A stretch of DNA of 40,824 bases from an uncultured Pelolinea sp. (lineage in GTDB: Bacteria > Chloroflexota > Anaerolineae > Anaerolineales > Anaerolineaceae). The stretch covers positions 1 to 40,824 of the forward strand of contig CAZDUN010000001.1 in NCBI GenBank assembly GCA_964508615.1, given 5' to 3'. The notes under the pieces were generated by a model, which saw nothing but the letters and a program-made list of their open reading frames with translations, had not been told where the DNA came from and made no database searches. Made by a program: the position numbers and the translations under genes. Of the stretch, positions 9,291-18,822 are shown piece by piece (positions within the stretch are counted from its first letter, which is position 1; every line of letters begins with the position of its first letter).

Positions 9291-10403
9291 CTATAACGCC
9301 ATCTCGTAAACGCGGTATCTCCGCAGCGGCTTGGCGCCCAATTTAATGATCGCGTTGTTCATCGGCCCGTTATCTTCCAGCACGTAATTGATTTCCAGGC
9401 GGATGTCAGGGCTGTTTAGCGATTCATACAGGGCGCGGTAGATCAGGCTGTCGATGCCTTTGCCGTGGTAAGCCGGGATGACCCCCAACGCGAACATGCG
9501 GTATTGCCTCAACCGCGGAATACCGCGCAACAGCTTAAGCCAGCCGAAGGGCAGCAAGCGCCCATTCATGCCCTTGATCAGCGCGTTCACATCCGGCAGG
9601 GTGATGGCGAAACCGATCGCTTTGCCGTTGCTGTCCTCGGCGAAGATCACCCCCTTAGGCTGCAGCACCGCTTTCATATCGTGCGCCATCGCGCGCACCT
9701 CGTCCTCGGTCACCGGAGAGTAGCCCCAATTCAGCGCCAGGCTCTGGTTGGAAAGCTCGATGACAGTCTCCACCTCGCGCTCGAAGTGGCGCGTGTCCAT
9801 TTGGCGCAGGCGCACGCCGTAAGCCCCGGCCACTTTGTCAGTCAGCGTCAGGATGCGTTCGGGGATCTGGTAGCCTTCGCGCGCGTCGATGTAATACACC
9901 AACAGGTCTTTGATTTTATTAAGGCCATAAACCGAAAATTGGTCATTATAGAATGGCGGGTTATAGGGAGACATGACCACCGGGGATGGCTCGAAGCCCT
10001 CCACAACGACGCCCCATTCCTGCGAGACGAAGCTCCATGGGCCGCGCATGCTGGTCATGCCCTTGCCGCGCAGCCATTGCGCGGCGACGTCCAGCAGCAA
10101 GTGTGCAGCAGCCGGGTCGGCGGGCGCTTCATAATAACCGAATAAACCGGTTTTCTCCTTCCAGTAATCCACTGCCAATATATCGATGAATGCGGCGATG
10201 CGCCCGATGGCTTTGCCATCCTCCATTAATAAAAACAGTTCATATTCGCAGTGATCCAACAGGGGGTTGCTCTTGGGGTCGAATTGACCGCGCGCTTCGC
10301 TGCGCAGTGGCGCCACCCACACCGGGTCATCTTTGTAGATTCGGTAAGGTAAATGGATAAATGTGTCCAGTTCTTTTTTAGTGCGCACTGCCTGGATTTG
10401 CAT
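9291..10403 (-). CDS. GNAT-family N-acetyltransferase (YghO-like, two-domain)
   Basis: FIHLPYRIY.DDPVWVAPL, GRIAAF, MRGP, PYNPPFY, NWGYSP, ALGVIPAYHGKGID. Confidence 0.85.
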   Translation of the reverse strand: MQIQAVRTKKELDTFIHLPYRIYKDDPVWVAPLRSEARGQFDPKSNPLLDHCEYELFLLMEDGKAIGRIAAFIDILAVDYWKEKTGLFGYYEAPADPAAAHLLLDVAAQWLRGKGMTSMRGPWSFVSQEWGVVVEGFEPSPVVMSPYNPPFYNDQFSVYGLNKIKDLLVYYIDAREGYQIPERILTLTDKVAGAYGVRLRQMDTRHFEREVETVIELSNQSLALNWGYSPVTEDEVRAMAHDMKAVLQPKGVIFAEDSNGKAIGFAITLPDVNALIKGMNGRLLPFGWLKLLRGIPRLRQYRMFALGVIPAYHGKGIDSLIYRALYESLNSPDIRLEINYVLEDNGPMNNAIIKLGAKPLRRYRVYEMAL

Positions 10404-10528
10404 GCTTGCCTGCCTTAAAACATAGTTGTTGTCATTATATATCGCATTTGTAAAAATAATCCAGGCGCAGTAGATTCGGCATACTGAAACCGTAAGAAAA
10501 ACCGGTCGGGCTGCCGGGCTTGTGCCTG

Positions 10529-11041
10529 TTAGAGTTCACGCAATTGAGAGATGCGCTGATAGATTTTAAAGGTTGTGATGGTGAAGAGCGCCAGGGAAAC
10601 GATAAAAACAAAACCCAGGATTTCGTATAAAGGTGAACTTAATCGGTTATCGATAATTGGATACCATAGAAGCATTACGGGCAGGAATCCAACAAAAAAT
10701 ATCATCAAGCGCTGGAATTTCTCGGCTTTTGCCGGTTTAATGTTTATAAATTCCGGTTTTTCATCTGCATTAATGGTTTTGGCAAAATACAGCCAGCCGT
10801 TCATCCGGGTTATGAATTTCCATCGGTTCTCTGTTCGGGGTTTCAGATAGGCTTCAAAACCTTCTTTTTGTTGATTCCAAATATCCATGCAGTAAAAAGT
10901 GTTGGCGGGTTGAGTTTGCCTAAAGCTGTAAACGCCAGGGAGATTGATTCCATCAAGCTGAAAACCTTTCTGCGCCATTTCGTGCAGCCAGGTTTCTTCT
11001 TTTTCATCCTGCCAGATCCAGAACCATTTGATTTTGACCAT
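10529..11041 (-). CDS. DUF2812-like membrane protein
   Basis: KWFWIWQDEKEETWLHEMAQKG N-terminus, W.YF motif, two C-terminal TM helices. Confidence 0.75.
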   Translation of the reverse strand: MVKIKWFWIWQDEKEETWLHEMAQKGFQLDGINLPGVYSFRQTQPANTFYCMDIWNQQKEGFEAYLKPRTENRWKFITRMNGWLYFAKTINADEKPEFINIKPAKAEKFQRLMIFFVGFLPVMLLWYPIIDNRLSSPLYEILGFVFIVSLALFTITTFKIYQRISQLREL

Positions 11042-11310
11042 GTGAGTGTTTTTCCTTTGAATAAATAAAATCCCTGATAATTCAGCAGAGATGAGGTGCT
11101 GTCAGTAAAAATTTTACAATGAAAAGCTGAATTGTATACGTTTTTGTTCAAAGATGAAATCAATCTTTCAATTGTGGTTTATGGTAAATCCAGAGTTCTG
11201 GGAGGTCAATAGCGAAAAGGGCCTTTATCCTTAAATGCCATTCCAAAAGCCGATGGAATTACCTGTTTGATAAATGTATATTATTGAAATGATTCCGTAA
11301 AAAGAATGGT

Positions 11311-13914
11311 ATGATTTTAAGAAATGGTCAAGTAATGTTCGGAAATGTCTTTCCAGGGTTTGCGATCGCTTATGTGGTAGCCGCGCTGCTTTCTTTTATA
11401 ACAGCCGCTGTTGTCTGGCGGAGGCATGGCAATCCCGGGAATATCGCCTTTTCCCTGATCATGATCTCTCTGTGTATCTGGAGTTTTGCTTCTGTCTTTG
11501 AGGCAGGCACTCCTTTACTGGAAGAAAAAATATTTTGGTCCAAATGCCAATATATTGGCATTGCCGCGCTTCCGGTTTTTTGGCTGCAATTTGCGGCGGA
11601 ATACACCCGCCAGAGACCAATCTCCCGCCAGATTCATCAACTGATTTTGGTGATTCCAACCATCACCCTTTTAATGGCATTTACCAATGAGCGCCACTAT
11701 CTGCTCTGGTCTGAGATCACCCTGCTGCCCGGTCCCATACATATCGCCAAATACGCGCATGGGCCATGGTTTTTCGTGCATATCACCTATACCTATTCAT
11801 TGCTGCTGATCGGTACAATCTGGCTGGTTAAAGCGTTTTCCAAATTTCCCTTTTCAAAAAGGCATCAGGTTTATATTATTTTTTTGGGTTTAATCATTGG
11901 TTGGACTGCCAATATCCTCTATATCACAGGGTTATTCCCTATCGAAGGCCTGGATATCACGCCGCTGTCTTTTACCTTGATAGCCTTCATTATTTCCTGG
12001 AATATCTTCCAATTCCGATTGTTTGACATCGTGCCCATCGCGCGCAATATGGTGTTGGATAATATGGCCGATGGCGTGATCGTGCTGGACCCCAACGACG
12101 TTATTATTGATATCAACCCCTCGGCTCAGGCGATGTTCGCGCGATCCGGCGAACGCAAACTATTAGGGCTGACTCTGTGGGAGGCGTTGGGAGATTATGC
12201 CGATTTATTAGTTGCGTATAAAGAAAAACCGGATTTTTCAACCGAAGTGAAGATTTCGGACGACCCGCCGCGCTTTATCGGCTTTAATGTTTCCACTATC
12301 CGCGACAACCAAAAGCAAAATGCCGGCCGGGTGGTGGTGATCTTCGATATCACCCAGCGCAAGCTGGCAGAAAATAAGGAAGCAGACCAACGAAAATTGG
12401 CCGAGGCCTTGGCCAGCACAGCAGCGGTCATTAACAGCAGCCTGGATCTGAATGATGTGCTGGACAAAATCCTGGAAAATGTGGACAAAGTGGTGCCGAG
12501 CGAAACTGCTAATATCGCGCTGGTGGACATCAACCATATTGCCCGTTTTGTAAAAGTGAAAGGATATGAAAAATACGGCACCGAAAAGATCGTACCGACT
12601 ATTGAATGTCGGGTGGATGAGATTCCCAATCTGAAACGCATGGCGGAAACTGGAAAAGCTTTGCTTAATCCCAACACGGAAATCGACCCGGATTGGGACC
12701 GTTCAATAAGAGGTTCACAATGGATCAAATCCTACATGGGTGCGCCAATTATCGCCAAGGGAAACTTGCTGGGTTTCATCAGCCTGGATGCGCCCATGCC
12801 GGATTATTTTAAAGAAGAATACCTGCCGCGTCTGGAGGCGTTTGCCAATCAGGCGGCCGTTGCCATCCAGAACGCGCAGTACTTTCGGGAAATTTCTGAA
12901 AGCGCGCGTGAAATGCAAATTTTGTACGAAGTGGGCTTGGCAGTCACATCCGGATTGGGGCTGGATAATACTATCAGCACGCTCTTCAAGCAACTGAAAA
13001 GCGTTGTGCCAGTGGATTTGTTTTATCTTGCCATGCTTGATGAAAAGCAGGAATATGCCAGTTTTATTATGTTCCAACACGATGGCATTCGTTTGAATTT
13101 TGATCAGCTTTCCATGAAAGAGCATCCGTCCCTGACTCGCTATGTGATTGAAAAAGGTCAGACAGTGTACATTCCGGACAGCAAGGCAAAGGACACTGAA
13201 TTTCCGGAAAAAGATATGGTAAAAATGTCCGGTCATGATGAACGCAGCATCCTTGGAATTCCTTTGCTGCTACGCGACCGAATTTTAGGCGCGTTGTTCC
13301 TGCAAGCGGATCAACCCGAAGCTTATACCCAGGACCAAATCCGCCTGGTTGAAACTATTGCCAACCAGGCCAGCGTGGCAATTGAAAACTCCCAGCTTTT
13401 TGAAAAAGTCCAGCAGATGGCCATCACGGACAACCTGACTGGTGTTTTTAACCGCCATTATTTTTTCGCCTTTGGTGAAAATGAGATCGCGCGCGCCCAG
13501 CGCTATGGCTGCGACCTATCCATGATTATGTTTGATATCGACCATTTTAAATTGGTCAATGACCGTTTCGGTCATCCAGTCGGGGATCAGGCCCTGGTGA
13601 TGGTTACAAAAGCTTGCTCGGCTGTACTGCGCAAGGTGGATGTGCTCTGCCGCTTTGGCGGCGAGGAATTCGTTGTGCTGCTGCCGGAGACAGCCTTGAA
13701 TGAAGCGTTGATTGCCGCAGAAAGGATCAAGGACGCGATCGCTGAAAAACGGCTGCGCACGGAGAAGGGGGAGGTGAAAGTGACAGTCAGCGTGGGTGTG
13801 GCGGAACTGACGAATAAAAAGGCTACGCTGCGGGATATGATCGAGCAATCTGACAAGGCGCTTTACCAGGCCAAGAACGCTGGGCGCAATTGCGTGCGCG
13901 CCTATAAACCCTGA
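11311..13914 (+). CDS. Diguanylate cyclase: N-terminal 7TM (HisKA_7TM-like), PAS, 2 GAF, GGEEF
   Basis: 7 TM helices with AFTNERH; PAS (DGVIVLD...DINP); two GAFs (FANQAAVAIQNA, IANQASVAIENS); DIDHFKLVNDRFGH, RKVD I-site, GGEEF. Start may be 11335. Confidence 0.92.
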   Translation: MILRNGQVMFGNVFPGFAIAYVVAALLSFITAAVVWRRHGNPGNIAFSLIMISLCIWSFASVFEAGTPLLEEKIFWSKCQYIGIAALPVFWLQFAAEYTRQRPISRQIHQLILVIPTITLLMAFTNERHYLLWSEITLLPGPIHIAKYAHGPWFFVHITYTYSLLLIGTIWLVKAFSKFPFSKRHQVYIIFLGLIIGWTANILYITGLFPIEGLDITPLSFTLIAFIISWNIFQFRLFDIVPIARNMVLDNMADGVIVLDPNDVIIDINPSAQAMFARSGERKLLGLTLWEALGDYADLLVAYKEKPDFSTEVKISDDPPRFIGFNVSTIRDNQKQNAGRVVVIFDITQRKLAENKEADQRKLAEALASTAAVINSSLDLNDVLDKILENVDKVVPSETANIALVDINHIARFVKVKGYEKYGTEKIVPTIECRVDEIPNLKRMAETGKALLNPNTEIDPDWDRSIRGSQWIKSYMGAPIIAKGNLLGFISLDAPMPDYFKEEYLPRLEAFANQAAVAIQNAQYFREISESAREMQILYEVGLAVTSGLGLDNTISTLFKQLKSVVPVDLFYLAMLDEKQEYASFIMFQHDGIRLNFDQLSMKEHPSLTRYVIEKGQTVYIPDSKAKDTEFPEKDMVKMSGHDERSILGIPLLLRDRILGALFLQADQPEAYTQDQIRLVETIANQASVAIENSQLFEKVQQMAITDNLTGVFNRHYFFAFGENEIARAQRYGCDLSMIMFDIDHFKLVNDRFGHPVGDQALVMVTKACSAVLRKVDVLCRFGGEEFVVLLPETALNEALIAAERIKDAIAEKRLRTEKGEVKVTVSVGVAELTNKKATLRDMIEQSDKALYQAKNAGRNCVRAYKP

Positions 13915-14017
13915 TCGCCCAAATCAATATTCAACTTCCCTTTATAGTGGTTTCTAAGAATTCGCATATACGCGGATAGAGATCCACGTTTTACTATATT
14001 CAAGAGGAGATTTGTAA

Positions 14018-14698
14018 ATGAAAGCGCATGCTATCCTGCTTGAATTGCAGTTGTTGGGTACGGAACAGAACCGCAAGGTTTACGAACGTCATGGTGTGGG
14101 CGAAAACCAGTTCGGCGTCAGCTTTGCCAATCTGCGCAAGCTGGCGAAAAGGATTGGCCGGGACGCATCCCTGGCCGAGGTGCTTTGGAGCAGCGGCAAT
14201 CATGATGCCCGCATCTTGGCCTGTCAGGTGGCTGACCCGGACGCGCTTTCAGAAAAAAACCTCGATCGTTGGGCGGGGGAATTGAATAATTACGTCATCA
14301 CGGACGCATTTTCAGGTTTGGTCGCGCAATCGCGCCTGGCTGAGCAGAAAGCCAAGCAATGGCTTGATTCGGATGACGAATGGATCAGCAGCGCTGGCTG
14401 GAACCTGATCGCCCACCTGGCTTTACAATCCGCTTCCTTGCCGGATGCTTTTTTCTTGGTATTGCTGGAACGCATCCAGCGCGATCTGCATGCCCGCCCC
14501 AACCGCACGCGCTACAGCATGAATAACGCCTTGATCGCCATTGGGCTGCGCAATTCTTTCTTGCGTGAAAAAGCGGAAGCGGCTGCTGCACGGATCGGTG
14601 AGGTGAAAGTCGATCATGGTGAAACAGCCTGCAAAACGCCGGATGCGCTGGATTACATCCGCAAGACTTACGCCCGTCGCAATGCCAGGGTGGTTTGA
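14018..14698 (+). CDS. DNA alkylation repair protein (AlkD-like HEAT-repeat family)
   Basis: FGVSFANLRKLAKRIG, LWSSGNHDARILA, MNNALIAIG, VDHGETACKTPDA; GAGGAG RBS. Confidence 0.85.
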   Translation: MKAHAILLELQLLGTEQNRKVYERHGVGENQFGVSFANLRKLAKRIGRDASLAEVLWSSGNHDARILACQVADPDALSEKNLDRWAGELNNYVITDAFSGLVAQSRLAEQKAKQWLDSDDEWISSAGWNLIAHLALQSASLPDAFFLVLLERIQRDLHARPNRTRYSMNNALIAIGLRNSFLREKAEAAAARIGEVKVDHGETACKTPDALDYIRKTYARRNARVV

Positions 14699-14770
14699 TA
14701 TGGTTGCTTATGCATATATAATAGAATATTATAATAAAAATAAGAATAAACAATAAACAGGACATAAATT

Positions 14771-16186
14771 ATGGAAAAATACACAGCGGTCATTTTAGGC
14801 GGCGGCCCGGCCGGGCATTCCGCAGCCGTCAGGATCTCGCAGCTCGGCGGAAAGGTGGCGTTGGTCGAGCGGGATTATATCGGCGGGATTTGCACCAACT
14901 GGGGCTGCACACCAAGCAAATCGATGATTGAGTCGGCCAAGGTAGCCAGGGTAGTCGCTGAGAGCGGTAAATATGGCATTCACGTCAACGATGTCGCGGT
15001 GGATTTCCCGGCTGTGGCTGCACGCCGCGACCAGGTGATTCTCAACACGCGTCAATTCGTCACGGATCTGCTCAAGCATCATCACGTGGATATCTACCAG
15101 GGAGAAGGAGAGCTGTTGGCGCCTGGCAAGGTGCTGGTGCGCAAGGGCAACCTTGACCCTGATGGCAAGACCATGCATTATGAGGGCGGCGAGCTGGAAT
15201 TGAATGCCGATCACATCATCATCTCGACCGGCTCCCAGCCCCTCATTCCGGGATTCATCGACGCTGCAGATCCTTCCGTGGTGAGCAGCAACCGGCTGAT
15301 CAGCATCCGAGAGTTGCCGGAATCGCTGACCATCATCGGCGGCGGTGTGATCGGCCTGGAATTCGCTACCATCTTCTCCAGTCTGGGCAGCCATGTGACC
15401 ATCGTGGAATTTCTGGATCGCGTCCTGGCGCAGATGGATGAAGATGTATCCAAAGAGATCACGCGCATCCTGGAAGGACGCGGCGTGCGCATTCTGACCG
15501 CGCATAAATGCGTTGCTTTGAAGAACGGGGTGATCGAAGCTGAAGATATCCGCTCCGGCAAAATGGTCAATATCGACGCGCCCATGACGCTGGTGGCCAT
15601 CGGCCGCCAGGCAGTGGTGCATGACGAGACCTATCAAAAATTGGGCTTGAATTACAACCGCAAGGGCGTGGAGGTCGATGAATACCAGCGCACCAACCTG
15701 CCCGGGATTTGGGCGGTGGGTGACGCCACCGGCCGCTCCATCCTGGCGCATGTGGGCATTCAGCAGGGCATCGTTGCCGCTGAAAATATCATGGCTTCAG
15801 ATGGAAATGATCTACGTGAAATGGATTACTCGGTCATCCCGGCGGTGATTTACACCATGCCGGAGATTGTCGCGTTGGGAAGTGTGCCGCAGGACCTGGC
15901 GGGCGTGCGCGTAGTCAAAGTGCCGTTCGCGATCAACTTGCGCGCCGGTATCGAGGATTACAAAGACGGGTTCATCAAAATGTGGTTGAAAGACAACCGC
16001 GTTTTGGCCGCCCAGGCTATTGGGCATAACGTTTCCGAGATCATGCAGGAGGTAGCCAACATGATCGCGCTGAAGACAGATATTAACGAGGTAAGCGAGA
16101 TCATCCATGCCCACCCTACTTATGCGGAAATCATCCGCTCCACTCTGGATCATGCCCTGGAAAAGGCCGTCGATTTTTATATCTAG
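14771..16186 (+). CDS. lpdA: Dihydrolipoyl dehydrogenase-type pyridine nucleotide-disulfide oxidoreductase
   Basis: GGGPAG, GGICTNWGCTPSK redox disulfide, GGGVIGLE, and HAHPTYAE His-Glu dyad. Confidence 0.82.
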   Translation: MEKYTAVILGGGPAGHSAAVRISQLGGKVALVERDYIGGICTNWGCTPSKSMIESAKVARVVAESGKYGIHVNDVAVDFPAVAARRDQVILNTRQFVTDLLKHHHVDIYQGEGELLAPGKVLVRKGNLDPDGKTMHYEGGELELNADHIIISTGSQPLIPGFIDAADPSVVSSNRLISIRELPESLTIIGGGVIGLEFATIFSSLGSHVTIVEFLDRVLAQMDEDVSKEITRILEGRGVRILTAHKCVALKNGVIEAEDIRSGKMVNIDAPMTLVAIGRQAVVHDETYQKLGLNYNRKGVEVDEYQRTNLPGIWAVGDATGRSILAHVGIQQGIVAAENIMASDGNDLREMDYSVIPAVIYTMPEIVALGSVPQDLAGVRVVKVPFAINLRAGIEDYKDGFIKMWLKDNRVLAAQAIGHNVSEIMQEVANMIALKTDINEVSEIIHAHPTYAEIIRSTLDHALEKAVDFYI

Positions 16187-16207
16187 AATCACCGTTACAA
16201 CAAACTG

Positions 16208-16243
16208 AACGCCATCGGCATAATGGAACCGGTGGCGTTTTTT
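16208..16243 (+). terminator. Intrinsic terminator
   Basis: AACGCCATCGG/CCGGTGGCGTT stem followed by a T tract after lpdA. Confidence 0.7.
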
Positions 16244-16270
16244 GATCGTGCAGACGTCATATTGGGCGGA

Positions 16271-16328
16271 GTGTCGAGTTTTGTCAACATTTGTCAATGT
16301 TTTCCTGCGCCCGCATCACAGGTAAAAT
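16271..16328 (+). promoter_or_regulatory. Direct repeats (10-bp period) upstream of a -10 element
   Basis: GTGTCGA (16271), TTGTCAA (16281), TTGTCAA (16291); TAAAAT at 16323-16328; no good -35. Confidence 0.35.
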
Positions 16329-16337
16329 AAAGGGGAA

Positions 16338-17000
16338 ATGAAAAAAGCCATTGGTTCTGTTATTCTCTTTTCCGCGCTCCTCATGGCCGGTTGTTCAGGT
16401 CTGCCGATCATCGGGCAGTTATTCAATCCACCACAGCAAGCCACCACGGTTGGCATGCTGTTGGAGGATGATTTTTCTGAAACCGGCAGCGGCTGGGATC
16501 GCTTCGAGGCGGAAATTGGCTCGACCAATTATGAAAACGAAGCCTATCACATTATTGTCAACGAGCCGCTCACCGATCTGTTTGCCAACCCGGGCGGCTC
16601 TTATAAAGACGCGATTATCGAGGTGCAGGCCGCCCGCCAGTCCGGGCCGATCAATAACAGCTACGGCGTGATCTGCCGTTACCAGGATGAAAAGAATTTC
16701 TATGCCGCGTTGATCAGCAGCGATGGCTATGCCGGCATTTTTGAAGTAAACGACGGCCGATACCGGCTGATGGGCCATGAAGAAATGATCCCGGTCGCGG
16801 CCATCCTGGGCGGAACAACCCCCAACCTGATCCATTTCGAATGCCTGGGCAATGCGCTGGCCCTGGCGGTCAACGGTTCGCCGGTGGATGCGCAGCAGGA
16901 TAAATCTTTCGGCGGGGGAGACATTGGCTTGATCGCTGGCACGTTCGACGAACCCGGCGTGCATATTGCTTTTGATAACCTGCGCGTCTGGCAGCCCTGA
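16338..17000 (+). CDS. Lipoprotein with beta-sandwich (ConA/DUF1080-like) domain
   Basis: Lipobox LMAGC; EDDFS..GSGW, YGVICRY, GDIGL...FDNLRVW pattern. Confidence 0.7.
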   Translation: MKKAIGSVILFSALLMAGCSGLPIIGQLFNPPQQATTVGMLLEDDFSETGSGWDRFEAEIGSTNYENEAYHIIVNEPLTDLFANPGGSYKDAIIEVQAARQSGPINNSYGVICRYQDEKNFYAALISSDGYAGIFEVNDGRYRLMGHEEMIPVAAILGGTTPNLIHFECLGNALALAVNGSPVDAQQDKSFGGGDIGLIAGTFDEPGVHIAFDNLRVWQP

Positions 17001-17036
17001 AACGGATTACAATGAAGCATTCCTCTGGAGGAACTC

Positions 17037-18419
17037 ATGCGTAGATTTCCTTCCTTTCTTATTTTGGCTGTGTCTTTTCTGGCTGCAGCCTGCCAATCCG
17101 CAGCCATCCAAACCACGCCTTTGCCTGAAAAAACACAAATCGTTTATCCAACCGCCACTTACCGCAAGTTTCTGACCATCGCGCCGGATAACGTGGCTAC
17201 TGCCACGCCCACCCCCACCATCCGTGGTTTGCGCAGCCAGCCGCAGGGGCGCATCGCTTTCCAGTCCGACCAGTCGGGCAGTTTGGATATTTACGTGATG
17301 AATGCTGACGGCTCGCAGACCAGCCGGCTGACCAATAATGCCGGCGCGGATGTTTTCCCCAGTTGGGCTCCCGATGGCTCGCGAATGGTTTTTGTCTCCG
17401 ACCTGAACGGCGCTCCGGATGTGTTTATAGTGGACGCGGATGGCACGAACCTGAAGCAGCTGACCGATGATGCCTATGAAGACAGTTTTCCGGCCTGGTC
17501 GCCGGATGGCAGCGCCATTGCTTTTGCTTCAAAACGGGATGGCAGCGATAAGATCTTTGTAATGAACGCGGATGGCTCATCTGTGAAACAGCTCACATTC
17601 GGGTACGGCGACGATGTTTCGCCAGCCTGGTCGCCGGATGGTGAATGGATTGTGTTTGCCTCCACGCGCGACGTGAACTCCGAAATTTATAAAATGGACA
17701 GGAACGGCAAGAACCTGATCCGATTGACGGATGACCCGGCAGCGGATTACACCCCGGCCTGGTCGCCGGATGGGACGCGCATCGCTTTCGCATCCCGGCG
17801 GGATGGATTCACGAACCTGTACGTGATGGGAATCGATGGCAAGAATGTGGTTCAACTGACGAAATTCAAATCCACCGTTGAAGTGCCCAGTTGGTCGCCG
17901 GACAGCCGCATGATCGCCTTTGCGGCGGATTTCCAGGCCAGCCGCGATCTTTACGTTATCAGCGCGGATGGCACAGGCATGGACCGCGTAACGGCTAATC
18001 CGGGTGAAGAGTTCTATCCTGCCTGGTCGCCTGATCAAGAAACGCTGCCTGCGCAGTTATCCGAGCCTACTGCCAGGCCGGAGGCCGTTTGTTTGAATTC
18101 CAGCGATCCCACCTACGGCTATTCGCTCGATAATCCCATCCGCATCGGATACGATCCGCGCGTTGAAGGAGATGTCGAATCGGGCTGCGTTCCCTGGCTG
18201 CTGGGTCCGCAGGGCCAGCCCTTGACCATCCAGTTGCTGGAAGAGGTTGAGGTGGGCGATCAGACTTACTGCAAAGTATCTGCAGGATACGCGGGGCTGG
18301 TTGAAGAAAAGATCCTGTACTTCGATACCGGCAGCTTCGAGCAGCCGCAAGCCCCGCTGGGCTTTACCTGCGGCGATCCGGTGGAGTATCTCAAGGCGTT
18401 GACCGCCCACCGCTATTGA
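17037..18419 (+). CDS. TolB-like PD40 beta-propeller lipoprotein with extra C-terminal domain
   Basis: Lipobox AAAC, Thr/Pro linker, six P.W(S/A)PD repeats, Cys-containing tail. Confidence 0.88.
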   Translation: MRRFPSFLILAVSFLAAACQSAAIQTTPLPEKTQIVYPTATYRKFLTIAPDNVATATPTPTIRGLRSQPQGRIAFQSDQSGSLDIYVMNADGSQTSRLTNNAGADVFPSWAPDGSRMVFVSDLNGAPDVFIVDADGTNLKQLTDDAYEDSFPAWSPDGSAIAFASKRDGSDKIFVMNADGSSVKQLTFGYGDDVSPAWSPDGEWIVFASTRDVNSEIYKMDRNGKNLIRLTDDPAADYTPAWSPDGTRIAFASRRDGFTNLYVMGIDGKNVVQLTKFKSTVEVPSWSPDSRMIAFAADFQASRDLYVISADGTGMDRVTANPGEEFYPAWSPDQETLPAQLSEPTARPEAVCLNSSDPTYGYSLDNPIRIGYDPRVEGDVESGCVPWLLGPQGQPLTIQLLEEVEVGDQTYCKVSAGYAGLVEEKILYFDTGSFEQPQAPLGFTCGDPVEYLKALTAHRY

Positions 18420-18477
18420 TCTCGCCTGACGCAACCCTGATTTAAATCCTGCGTATTTAAGGGTGAAGGAGATTAGC

Positions 18478-18762
18478 ATGAAAAAGTTGTATCGCAGTCG
18501 AAAAGATGAAATGATCGCGGGCGTCTGCGGAGGGCTGGCGGATTACCTGGGAGTTGATCCGACCATCATCCGTCTGGCTTTTGTGATCCTGTTCTTCGCG
18601 GGTACTGGCGGATTCTGGTTATACATCATTCTATGGATCATCATGCCGCTGCAGCCTGATCACGTCGAAAACAGCATCGAGGTCAATGAGAAATCATCCC
18701 CCGCGAGCGCGCCGCAAACCATCGATGTCAAACCGGTTGAAGAAAAGCCGAAAAAAGAATAA
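18478..18762 (+). CDS. PspC domain protein
   Basis: KKLYRSRKDEMIAGVCGGLADYLGVDPTIIRL...YIILWIIMP; AGGAG RBS before ATG 18478. Confidence 0.92.
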   Translation: MKKLYRSRKDEMIAGVCGGLADYLGVDPTIIRLAFVILFFAGTGGFWLYIILWIIMPLQPDHVENSIEVNEKSSPASAPQTIDVKPVEEKPKKE

Positions 18763-18785
18763 CGCGAACTATTCGCAAAGATAAA

Positions 18786-18822
18786 AAGGCAGCCATATCA
18801 CCAATATGGTTGTCTTATTTTT
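18786..18822. terminator. Bidirectional terminator between convergent genes
   Basis: AAGGCAGCCATAT/ATATGGTTGTCTT stem with flanking A/T tracts. Confidence 0.6.

Noticed and set aside
11190-11270. c-di-GMP riboswitch upstream of the large diguanylate cyclase
   Set aside because: The GGCAAA/GAAA tetraloop-receptor/CGCAAAG consensus could not be matched by eye. An Rfam scan would be needed.
14795-15751. 318-aa minus-strand ORF
   Set aside because: Antisense shadow of lpdA, expected from GC-rich codon bias.
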